Source: Chthoniobacteraceae bacterium
GTDB taxonomy: Bacteria > Verrucomicrobiota > Verrucomicrobiia > Chthoniobacterales > Chthoniobacteraceae
Direction of reading: 5' to 3'
DNA length: 64,000 bases
Assembly (NCBI GenBank): GCA_031409335.1
Contig: JANNWY010000212.1
Span: 41,471 to 105,470, forward strand
In this document: piece after piece, positions 39,209 through 48,046 of the stretch
Layout of the letters: each line of letters begins with the position of its first letter
Position numbering within the stretch: position 1 is the first letter of the stretch
Program-made: the position numbers and the translations under genes
Notes under the pieces: model-generated
Seen by the model: only the letters and a program-made list of their open reading frames with translations
Databases searched by the model: none
Told to the model about the DNA's origin: nothing

Positions 39209-40267
39209 TCAGTTTTGGGCGGTCAGCCGGCCAGCTCCGAGCAGCCGGAAGCTCACTGGAATCGCGAGTTTGTTTCTCCGGATGTCTTCCAGCGAAATGC
39301 CCAGAGCGAGACAGGCTGCGGGGGTGAGGTCGATTCCCGCAGGCACCAAATCGTTGACCGCCGGGGCCGAGGGGCCGTTGTCGATCAACTGGACCAGCAC
39401 CGACCTTCCTTTGTAGGTGACCACGACCGGGGAAAACCAGGGCAGGCCCGAAATCCGCGCAAATGGAGAACCCAAGGTGGACCGGCGGGCACTGCTCACG
39501 GGTAACGCACAGCCCAGGATTCCGGGATTGTCCCGAGTGTGGCACCCGCTGGCGCACTTGCCATTGTCGTTGGGGTCGCGCACGCGCAGCTTCGGATCCC
39601 AGCCGAAGACCGTCGCGATCGCGTGGGGCACGACGAGGTCGCTGCCCTCCCGATAGGTTCTCAGAAACCGCCATTCCGGCGCCGACGACAGCGGCGTTCC
39701 GCGAGAAGCGGTGGCTTGCGAATCCACACGGCCTGGTTTCCCCATTGACGGAAATCCCGCTGCGACGACCTCCTCAGCCAGAGCCAAGGGCCAGCGGTCA
39801 TCCTTAAAAAAGGCGCTGTCCTGGGCCAATCGGCGTTGCACTCTTGCGATGAACTCCCCGTGGAAGGCCGATCCCTGCTTTGCCAGTTCAGGATGGCGGA
39901 GCATCGCCTCAATTTGCGCCGGTTTGGAGGCGGCAAACAGTTCCCGCGGGGTGGCGGAACCGCTTCCTTCATTCGCGGAATCATACGGATTCAAGCCTGC
40001 CGCGGCGATCTCGTCCGCCAGTACCACCGGCCATTGGACGTTCTGAAACAAGGCGCTGTTCGCAACTCTGTACTGCCTGGCGCGCGCGAAAAATTCCCGA
40101 TGGAAGGCCGACGCGGCGACTCCCAGAGCCGGATACCTTCTCACCGCCTCCGCCTGCGCAGCCGCACTGGCCGCGGGCAGTGGTGAGATGTCCCCGGCTT
40201 GGGCCGCAGCGATGGCGGTGGCGACGAGGGCGGCGGCGACGGAGCGGGCAAGGAGTTGGAGTTTCAT
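39209..40267 (-). CDS. RlpA-like double-psi beta-barrel protein with two N-terminal unnamed repeats
   Basis: Signal peptide; VVVTYKGRSVLVQLIDNGP...GIDLTPAACLALG. Confidence 0.72.
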   Translation of the reverse strand: MKLQLLARSVAAALVATAIAAAQAGDISPLPAASAAAQAEAVRRYPALGVAASAFHREFFARARQYRVANSALFQNVQWPVVLADEIAAAGLNPYDSANEGSGSATPRELFAASKPAQIEAMLRHPELAKQGSAFHGEFIARVQRRLAQDSAFFKDDRWPLALAEEVVAAGFPSMGKPGRVDSQATASRGTPLSSAPEWRFLRTYREGSDLVVPHAIATVFGWDPKLRVRDPNDNGKCASGCHTRDNPGILGCALPVSSARRSTLGSPFARISGLPWFSPVVVTYKGRSVLVQLIDNGPSAPAVNDLVPAGIDLTPAACLALGISLEDIRRNKLAIPVSFRLLGAGRLTAQN

Positions 40268-40350
40268 GAGCGGGGTGGTGCTGCTCTGTCCTTGGGAAAC
40301 TCCTGCCCGACGATTCGCGAAAAGTTCGCGAAACCAAAAAAAAACTGCCG

Positions 40351-42348
40351 CTACTTCGCTGGCGGTTCCGGCCCTGACCCGTTTTGTCGCGTCGCCGCCA
40401 ACTGCGTGCGGACCGCATTCACCGCCGCGACGTCCGCCGACTTGCCTGCGAGGCTCCCTGCCAAGGTGGCCAGCGCCGCGTCGTATTGATCGTAGATCGG
40501 CTTGAGCTGCGCCGCGCGCTGGGCTGCCGCTGCCTTCGCCCCCGCGCGATACCCGGCGCGCAACGTCGCCAGCGCCGCCACCATTCCCGCCGCATCCGCC
40601 TCTGGGATGGGCTGCCCGCTTTTCAGCAGCCGCATCTCTTCCTGGAGCGCGCCAAAACCCGCCTGATCACTCGCTCGTTGCGCCACCTCGCTCCCGCGCT
40701 GCACCGCCGCGAGATGCTTCGCCCGCACCGCCTGTATCGCCTGGACAAAAGAGGGTTCGATTTTGGCACAAGCGGCTTGGTGCCATGCTTCGAGTTGCGC
40801 GAGCTTCGCCTTCGTCTCCGCGCTCACCGGCGAGGCCAGCAGCTTCGGCTCCGCCCAGATCGAGTGATCGTCCGTCGTGTTTCCCGCATTGTCGGTTTTG
40901 AGGGTGATCATTTTCGTCCCCACCGGAAGCTCCGCCTCGATCTTCACTTCGTGGTTGGGATACGTGCCCAGATTCTCGCTGCGGAAAACTTCCCTCCCAT
41001 CCGCCAGCACCTGATAGTTCCACGAAAAGTTGCGCCGACTGGCCTGTGTCGGCGCGATGCCGACCGCGGTGAACTTCGAGTACCCCGGCGGCACCTCGAA
41101 AGACACCTCGCTTGGCGCATGGGCGAAGAGAAAATGCTGGCACGTGTTTCCGCCGACGAGGATGCGTGCCCCGCGGTCTTCCGCCGCCTTGGCGTAGCGG
41201 TTCACGCGATACGATCCAAAGCCCACTCGTTGCGCCGTCGGGATGAGATCGTCCAAACGCAACTCCAACGGAAACGACGATCCGGCCACTGCCTTGGCAC
41301 TCGAAAAGAGAACTTCCCACTCTAAAATGCCTGCCGATCTATCGCCGGTGAACTGTGCCGCGATTCTCAGCCCCATCGTTTTCACGGGCGTAAAGAGGGA
41401 GGTATTCCATTCGTTCAATGCCGGAGGGCCCGGCTGCGTATCCACCGGCATCCACGCCCCATCCTCCGCCAGATACAGCATCTTCCAATAGTGCGGCAGC
41501 TTCACTTGGCTATTATCTTGGTACCAATACACCGAGCTGCCCTCGACTGTCTGCGGGGTCGCGAATCGGTACTCCACCCACTCGAATGTTCCCTTGCGCG
41601 GACGCCACGTGAACCGCGGGATCAATGCATCCTCCGAGGAGGAGGGTCGCTTCCCGTCGTTGAGCGCCGCCACGGTATCACTCACGCAGCAGTGCGACGC
41701 TGAGGGCGAGGCCGGGGTTGGCTTTCCGGTCGTGCCGGCTTTCGCCGGAGTCGAAGCCGTCGCGGCTGGGGCCATGGGCAAAGCGGGCGTTTTCGCGATG
41801 GCGGCGACGGGCGCGGCGGCTGGCGCGTTTTTCGGCGTGATCACGATTTTGCCGTTCGCGGTCGTGTATTGCGCACCAGCCGAATCGCAGATGCTTTTTA
41901 GAATTTCCGCTACCGTGGCTTGGTGCGGCCACGAAGAGTACGACACGCGGACTTTGGAAAGGCTCCCCGTCGCATCTTGAATCTCGAACGGATTCGGCCA
42001 GCGCGAAGTTCGGTAGCGCACCACGAGGGAATCCACGGCATCGACCAACTTGTAGTCCCTAAACCCACCCTCCACGGTGGCGGCCATCACCTGCTCAAGC
42101 AGATGCGCGGGCATTTTTTTCTCGATTTCCGCCTTCGCCGTTTGGGCTGCGGCATTCCCGCCGTCGATGCGGAGCGCGAGGTCGTAGCAATTCGCCGCCG
42201 CCACCAGGTCGCCGCGTTTCTCAGCGGCTGCGGCCCGGGCCAGAAAGGCCCTCGCCTGCTCCTGCGGCGTGAGCGCATGGCTGTGGGCGAGGGAAAGCAG
42301 GAGCAGCGCGGCGAAAAGGAGCGCACGTGGGATGGGGATTGTTTTCAT
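40351..42348 (-). CDS. Secreted multidomain protein (TPR-like, discoidin/F5-8C-like, NPCBM/NEW2-like)
   Basis: Signal peptide; ALNDGK..EWVEYRF..SSVYW..GILEWEV; FAHAPSEVSFEVP..DHSIWAEPKL. Confidence 0.7.
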   Translation of the reverse strand: MKTIPIPRALLFAALLLLSLAHSHALTPQEQARAFLARAAAAEKRGDLVAAANCYDLALRIDGGNAAAQTAKAEIEKKMPAHLLEQVMAATVEGGFRDYKLVDAVDSLVVRYRTSRWPNPFEIQDATGSLSKVRVSYSSWPHQATVAEILKSICDSAGAQYTTANGKIVITPKNAPAAAPVAAIAKTPALPMAPAATASTPAKAGTTGKPTPASPSASHCCVSDTVAALNDGKRPSSSEDALIPRFTWRPRKGTFEWVEYRFATPQTVEGSSVYWYQDNSQVKLPHYWKMLYLAEDGAWMPVDTQPGPPALNEWNTSLFTPVKTMGLRIAAQFTGDRSAGILEWEVLFSSAKAVAGSSFPLELRLDDLIPTAQRVGFGSYRVNRYAKAAEDRGARILVGGNTCQHFLFAHAPSEVSFEVPPGYSKFTAVGIAPTQASRRNFSWNYQVLADGREVFRSENLGTYPNHEVKIEAELPVGTKMITLKTDNAGNTTDDHSIWAEPKLLASPVSAETKAKLAQLEAWHQAACAKIEPSFVQAIQAVRAKHLAAVQRGSEVAQRASDQAGFGALQEEMRLLKSGQPIPEADAAGMVAALATLRAGYRAGAKAAAAQRAAQLKPIYDQYDAALATLAGSLAGKSADVAAVNAVRTQLAATRQNGSGPEPPAK

Positions 42349-42367
42349 CGGTTGGCGTTCGGTGGCG

Positions 42368-45300
42368 TTATCGGTTGAGCCGTGCGTAACCCCATTTGGG
42401 AACGTCTTCGATCACGACGAGGCCGTGTTGAAAGGTGTGATTGGTTTTGAGGGTTGTGCCTCCGAAGCGCGCGATGCGCCGCTTTTCGTCGTCGCGAAAA
42501 ATCCAGTCGCCTTTCGTATCGATCAAACCGCCGGACTCCTTTGTCCACACCGCGGCGACACCGGGAGCGATCCATGCGATGCGATCGAATTGTGGTGGCA
42601 GCGCCGTGGTGCCGTCCCGATGCAGCAGGCCGTATTTTTGCCGTGCATCGCGGGCGGTGATGAGACCGCCGCTGCGTGGGTCGGTCTCACGATCGCGCCA
42701 CGGCTCCGCCCACACCGCCGCAGTCAACGGGCGGCCAGCCTCGTCGATGAGCAACCACGGCGCGCCCTTGCCGGCAGCCGCGTCCGCACGTCGCCATCCC
42801 CGCGTGGCGGTTGCTGCGACCGCATTGCCCCACGCGCGAGGCACCACGGCGGCACCCTCGCCTTTCCGCATCACGATCAGCGCGTCTTTCTCGACAAGCA
42901 TCGCACCGACGGAGAAGTTCATCCACCGGTGCGCGGGATCGATCAACAAGGCACCGGTGCGATCGATCAGCGCGGCCTCAATGCCGATCGTCACCCGTGC
43001 GACATCCATCGACACCGGTGCACCATCGTCCGCGGGATCACCGTGCCATTCCCAAAAGTCGCGGGCCGAATCCCACACCGGCTCGATCGCCACCTTGCCC
43101 TGCGGGTCGAGGTAGCCCCATCGCCCGTCCTTTTGCACCGCCGCGAGGCCGCGGCTGAAATCCATCACTGCATCCCACACCTGCGGGACTGCGACCTTTC
43201 CATCCAACGCGATGAAGCCCCACTTCCCCTCGCGCTGCACCGCCGCGCGGCCTTCGAAAAAATCGTGCGTCGCCTGCCACTTGTCGGGCGAGATGGGCTT
43301 TACCTCAGTATCGACGACCACCCACCCATCCGGCTGGTGCAGCGCGGCGCGGCCCTCGACGAAACCCCAGCCATCCGGCTTTTCCTCCAGCGGCTGCGAG
43401 TGCTGGAAGTCGTGGCCATCGCGACCCATCAGCCGCCAGCGCGAGGTCGCCTTGTCGCGTATCCAGAGCAGGCCGTGGCTGGCCTGCTCCCAGTTCCAGC
43501 GCAGGGCGGCGGCCTCGGGAAAGCGCGTCTGCTTTCCGGTCGCCGACTCGATCAGGCTGAGGACGAAGCCGCCCTGCCCGTCCGGCTGTTTAATGACGAC
43601 ATGCGCCGGGCCGTAAAAATCCACGTAGGTCGCGTCGGGCAGCGTTTCGGGGATGGCCGGCTGCCCATTGATTTGCAAAATCTTTGTCGTCGCGCCGTCC
43701 TTCACGCGCACCCACGGCGAGAGGAAGCGTTTGCCGCCCCAGCCGAGGAGGATGGTCTTGCCGTCTTTGGCGAGCGTCGCCCACTCCACGAGCAGCACGT
43801 CCAGCGCATCCCACACCGGCGCGATGAGCACCTTCCCCGTCCGATCGGCCAGCCCGATTTTCTCATCCTGGCGAAACCACACCCACTCGGGCGAAAGGAT
43901 GTGCGCCTCATCCCAAGTCGGCTCGACCAGCGTCTTCCCGGTCGCGTCGATCACCCCATACTTCGGCGGCGTGGTGCGGGGAATAAAATCGTCGAGCACG
44001 GTCGATCCCGGTGCGACCGCATCGACGACTTTAGCGCCGCTGCCATCGAGAATCGCGGCGGCCCGTCCGCCGTCGTAGGAGTCCGTGCCTTGATAGCCAA
44101 ACGGATGATTACCGTAGCCACCCGACAGCGGGTTCTCGGTGCGCAAACCCATGAGTCCCGGCTTGCCCTCCGGTGCCGCACTCTCCTCCCCTTTGAGATT
44201 GAGCCCCCTTCCTTGAACGACCCGATTCGTAGAATCCAATTGTTCAAGCTTCAGAAATCCATTCCGAAACTGAGGCGCTTCGTTAGCAACACCTCGCCAA
44301 AAAAGCTTCCACGTCTTGCCGCCAAATGCCGCTTTCCCGTTCTTCTCCACGAAGGAGGTCGTTAAGAATGCGTAAAGTCGTACAGGGTCAGAGGTAACTG
44401 CGGCTAAGCCTTCCGAGAAACCCCCGATCATTGTCCAGGCAGGTTCCGCGATGTGCTCTCCATCCGGCCCGACCAATCCCCATTTGAAGCCTCGTCTGAC
44501 GGACGCGACCCCATCCCGAAAATCCCGCACCTCATCCCACTCGGGCTTCGCAACGACATTGCCGCTGCGATTGATGAAGCCCCAGAGGTTACCCCGCCGA
44601 ACGGCGGCGAAACCGTCGCTAAAATCCCGCACTTCATCCCACTCGTTCTTGATCACGATTTTCCCTGCCCGATCAATGAAGCCCCACTTCCTGCTTTTTG
44701 ATAGGCAAGGAGCCAATCCCTCAGAAAATCGACGGATTGTCGTAAACTGATGAGGACGGACCACCCACTCGCCCTTGCGATCTGCCAAGCCCATGGTTTC
44801 TGCTTCCCGCAGGAGAACATGCACTAACTCATTGGATTCCCATCGAAATTCGCCTGCCACCGTTCCTAACTTCTGTCCATTGGCACCGATCAACCGCGTC
44901 CTCTCGGGAGAGGAGCAGTAAAAGAAATCGTTCCGCATGATCGTAGACTTGCAACGCGACTCCGGGACTTCCTTGCCGTAAAGATCGAGCAACGCGCTAT
45001 ACCGTTCCTCCGGGCGGTCGCTTAGCCCGTAATACAGCCTCAGCAAGCCAAGATCGAATCGGCGGTCGGGCCTCCAGTTGATGCTGCAATTCGGTTCACA
45101 GAGCAATTGCCCGGCTGTATCGACAAGCCCCCAACCCGCGCCCCGCCGCACCATGCCGACTCCCTCCTTCGCAAAATTCACCGCCCCGTCCCACACCGGC
45201 TCTACGATCACTTTGCCGGCCTTGTCGATGAACCCGCGCTTTCCATCGCGCGTCACCACCGCGAAGCCTTCGGGCGAAAAGCGCCAGGCGTCGTCCCAGT

Positions 45301-46207
45301 CGCAGGGGATCGTCAGCTTTCCGCTGGCATCCAGATAGCCCCACTTGCCGTCCTTTTGCACCGGGATGAAGCCGTTGATGAAGTGCTGCACGTCCTCCCA
45401 CTCGGGCGCTGCCACCAACTTGCCGGCGCGGTCGAGCAGGCCCCACTTGCCGCCCTGGCTCACGCGCGCGGAGCCTTGCTCCCCGAAAGGCTCGATCGTG
45501 TCGAAAGTGGGCGGCTGCACGACCGCGCCCGCTTCGTCGATCACGCCCCACGCTTTCCCTGCGCGCACCCGCGCCAGTCCCCAGCGCGAGAAGGGCGTGA
45601 CCTCATCGAACTGCGGCTGGATCGTCCACGACCAGCCCTTGTTTTTCCAAGTCTCCGTGCGCGGCCAGCGGAGGAAAACCTGGCGCGGCGGTGAAGAAAC
45701 CGCGTCATCGGCCTTCGTTGTCGTCACCGCGAGCACGTCCGGGCAATCGATGACTTTCGTCGCGAGATTGTCGCGCACCCAGACGGTCGAACCTTGTTGT
45801 GCAGGGTAGGTGTCGGTGAGCCAGCCGGTGAGTTCTTTCCGGCTTTTCTGCGCGGTCACGGCGATGTCGAGGATTTCCGCACCGGTGCGCTCGGCGAGTT
45901 CGCGTGCCTCGCCGAGGGTGAGTTTTTTCCGGCTCAGGCCGATGAACCCCGAGGCGTAAGGATCAATTTGCCCGATCTCTTTGATGAGCAGATCCTTGGT
46001 GGTCGCGCCGCTGGCGACGAGGCTGGTGAAGTAGGTGTTGTTGAACGTGCGCTTGCGGTCGAGCTCGCGCTTTTTGATGACATCGCCGATCTGCCGCCAG
46101 GCAATGAAGACGGCGAGCCCTCCGAGCAGCAGCAGCGCGACGGTGCCGAGGATGCGCAGGTTGCGATTGAGGCCGAGGTAGGCGGTGAGCAGTCGATTCG
46201 GTTTCAT
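42368..46207 (-). CDS. Membrane-anchored WG-repeat protein
   Basis: Many GKWG(F/Y)ID..G..V..P.WD...F.EG units; N-terminal TM. Confidence 0.9.
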   Translation of the reverse strand: MKPNRLLTAYLGLNRNLRILGTVALLLLGGLAVFIAWRQIGDVIKKRELDRKRTFNNTYFTSLVASGATTKDLLIKEIGQIDPYASGFIGLSRKKLTLGEARELAERTGAEILDIAVTAQKSRKELTGWLTDTYPAQQGSTVWVRDNLATKVIDCPDVLAVTTTKADDAVSSPPRQVFLRWPRTETWKNKGWSWTIQPQFDEVTPFSRWGLARVRAGKAWGVIDEAGAVVQPPTFDTIEPFGEQGSARVSQGGKWGLLDRAGKLVAAPEWEDVQHFINGFIPVQKDGKWGYLDASGKLTIPCDWDDAWRFSPEGFAVVTRDGKRGFIDKAGKVIVEPVWDGAVNFAKEGVGMVRRGAGWGLVDTAGQLLCEPNCSINWRPDRRFDLGLLRLYYGLSDRPEERYSALLDLYGKEVPESRCKSTIMRNDFFYCSSPERTRLIGANGQKLGTVAGEFRWESNELVHVLLREAETMGLADRKGEWVVRPHQFTTIRRFSEGLAPCLSKSRKWGFIDRAGKIVIKNEWDEVRDFSDGFAAVRRGNLWGFINRSGNVVAKPEWDEVRDFRDGVASVRRGFKWGLVGPDGEHIAEPAWTMIGGFSEGLAAVTSDPVRLYAFLTTSFVEKNGKAAFGGKTWKLFWRGVANEAPQFRNGFLKLEQLDSTNRVVQGRGLNLKGEESAAPEGKPGLMGLRTENPLSGGYGNHPFGYQGTDSYDGGRAAAILDGSGAKVVDAVAPGSTVLDDFIPRTTPPKYGVIDATGKTLVEPTWDEAHILSPEWVWFRQDEKIGLADRTGKVLIAPVWDALDVLLVEWATLAKDGKTILLGWGGKRFLSPWVRVKDGATTKILQINGQPAIPETLPDATYVDFYGPAHVVIKQPDGQGGFVLSLIESATGKQTRFPEAAALRWNWEQASHGLLWIRDKATSRWRLMGRDGHDFQHSQPLEEKPDGWGFVEGRAALHQPDGWVVVDTEVKPISPDKWQATHDFFEGRAAVQREGKWGFIALDGKVAVPQVWDAVMDFSRGLAAVQKDGRWGYLDPQGKVAIEPVWDSARDFWEWHGDPADDGAPVSMDVARVTIGIEAALIDRTGALLIDPAHRWMNFSVGAMLVEKDALIVMRKGEGAAVVPRAWGNAVAATATRGWRRADAAAGKGAPWLLIDEAGRPLTAAVWAEPWRDRETDPRSGGLITARDARQKYGLLHRDGTTALPPQFDRIAWIAPGVAAVWTKESGGLIDTKGDWIFRDDEKRRIARFGGTTLKTNHTFQHGLVVIEDVPKWGYARLNR

Positions 46208-46244
46208 GGGATCAGGGCAGAGAGGTCAACGGAACGCGAAGCGC

Positions 46245-46381
46245 GGTGGATGGCGCGCTCCGCCGCGCCATAAGAAAACAATCCGCCGCAGGCGCACTTT
46301 CGCTGTCCGGGCGTCCGGGAAAAAGTTGGCTCGCTGCACTCGATTGGCTTTGGCATGGCGCGGCGGAGCGCGCCATCCACC
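46245..46381. repeat. REPIN-like element (family C)
   Basis: Perfect 27-bp inverted arms 46245-46271 / 46355-46381; GTGG then hairpin atggcgcg-ctccgc-cgcgccat. Confidence 0.85.
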
Positions 46382-46394
46382 TTGGGTTGCGTGT

Positions 46395-48044
46395 TCATCG
46401 GGCGGGAGGGTTGGCGGCGGGGGCACGGTCGCCGGCGACGATCGTGGTCGGGTAGAGCTTCAGGACTTTCGTGGCCCAGCTCTGCTTGTCGAAAAGGCCG
46501 ATGTTGCTGGTGAAAGTGTATTTGCCTGGCAGGCGCGGCGCATAGGCTATGAGATCGAAAGTGATCTCGCCTGCGCCGTTCACGCTCTCGTAGCCGGGGC
46601 GCGATTCGGTGTCGAAATGCCAGGTCGCTGCGTGGTTCGCGCTCAACTCCGCGAGGAATTCCGGCGGGAGAATGTTGGCGTCTTTCATCAGGAGATTCGA
46701 CGCGAGTTTCGTGGGGTCCGGTGCTTTGTAGCGGGCGGTGACGTTGAGCGTGAACTTTTCGCCCGCTTTGGCCGGGATGGTGATTTCCTTCGCCAGCGAA
46801 AGCGTCGCGGGCGGGCGGACGGAGGTGATCTCGATCTCATAACGCGGGTCCCATCCCCAAATCATCGAAATCGGCTGCATCGTTGTGGCGACCGTTTCGC
46901 CTTTGGCCGCCTCCCTCATCTCGATCTTCAACTCGTCGGCCTCAACTGCGTCGATGCACAGAAAACTGACCTCAGCGTCGCCCTTGCCTACTGGATACGT
47001 CCTGGTGTCTCGAGTGCGAGGATGGCCCACCACTTCCCCGTCCTTTCGCGGTGTTGCCCAGAGGCGAACATCGCTTGGGCCGGGGTTATTGTATTCGACC
47101 ACAGCTTTCAGCGTGTCACCGATTACCATAGAGGTCGCAGGCTTGGGTTCGACTGCTTTGATCCTTACCCAGGCGTGATCCTTGTCGTTCCGCAGCGGGT
47201 ACCAGTTGAAAAGCGCGGTCCGCCGGCGGTCGAGCGTCGTCACGGGATTAACGTCCGGCCCGTCGAGCACGCGCGGCTCGCCGGCTTCCATCGCCCACGT
47301 CGTCGTGCCGAGCAGCTCGGGGTAGGCGGCGGCGACGGCCTCGATCACCGGCTGGCGCATGGCTACTCCCGGCGGTTCGATCGTGAGGACGTGGGAGCCG
47401 GTCTTCTTCGCGAGCGCCTGCGCCTGCACCCATGTGAGTTTTTCCCGGCTCACGCCGAGGAAAGTGACGCCCATCGGCTGGATGTTTGTCACTTGCTGCA
47501 GGTCGGCCGCCGTCGTCGCGCCGGACGCGATCAACTCTTGGAAAAACTTGTTGTTGATCACTTCGATTCTCTCGTCGCGCTTAATGTTCAATGTCGTGGG
47601 GACTTTCCGTGTCGCGAGGAAAATGCCCAGTCCGCCGAGCAAAAGCAGCGCTGTCGCGCCGAGGATCACGAGGTTGCGATTCGACTGCCGGAGGCGGGTC
47701 GCCAGCACCGTGAAAACGCCCGGCTTTTCCGCCAGAGGAGCGGCGGGAACAGCCGGTGCGGCGGCGCGGCTGCCGGGAACGGGCACGGGGCTGCCGCAGG
47801 TGGGGCAGTCGAAATGCGAACTGTCCTGGAGCGAGCGCAGGGTTTCCAAGTCGATCTCGATCGCCACCGCGCAGGCGGGACATGGGATTTGGATGCCTTT
47901 GATCCCCGGCGCGGCAACTGGCGCTGGTACTGGGACATTCCCTTTGCATGTCGGGCACTCGAACTCCGTCGCGCCGTCGAGGGCGGCGAGCGTTTCGGCG
48001 TCCAGTTCGAGGGCTTGGGTGCAATGCGGGCAGGTCGTTTCCAT
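46395..48044 (-). CDS. Membrane protein with two Zn-ribbons, TM and lectin-like module
   Basis: ATG 48044; CPHC..CPTC and CPAC..CPTC; TM ILGATALLLLGGLGIFL. Confidence 0.75.
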   Translation of the reverse strand: METTCPHCTQALELDAETLAALDGATEFECPTCKGNVPVPAPVAAPGIKGIQIPCPACAVAIEIDLETLRSLQDSSHFDCPTCGSPVPVPGSRAAAPAVPAAPLAEKPGVFTVLATRLRQSNRNLVILGATALLLLGGLGIFLATRKVPTTLNIKRDERIEVINNKFFQELIASGATTAADLQQVTNIQPMGVTFLGVSREKLTWVQAQALAKKTGSHVLTIEPPGVAMRQPVIEAVAAAYPELLGTTTWAMEAGEPRVLDGPDVNPVTTLDRRRTALFNWYPLRNDKDHAWVRIKAVEPKPATSMVIGDTLKAVVEYNNPGPSDVRLWATPRKDGEVVGHPRTRDTRTYPVGKGDAEVSFLCIDAVEADELKIEMREAAKGETVATTMQPISMIWGWDPRYEIEITSVRPPATLSLAKEITIPAKAGEKFTLNVTARYKAPDPTKLASNLLMKDANILPPEFLAELSANHAATWHFDTESRPGYESVNGAGEITFDLIAYAPRLPGKYTFTSNIGLFDKQSWATKVLKLYPTTIVAGDRAPAANPPAR

Positions 48045-48046
48045 GG

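Noticed and set aside
40336..40344. A9 tract as a phase-variation switch
   Set aside because: Intergenic, just after a stop codon; more simply a U-tract; no evidence of length variation.
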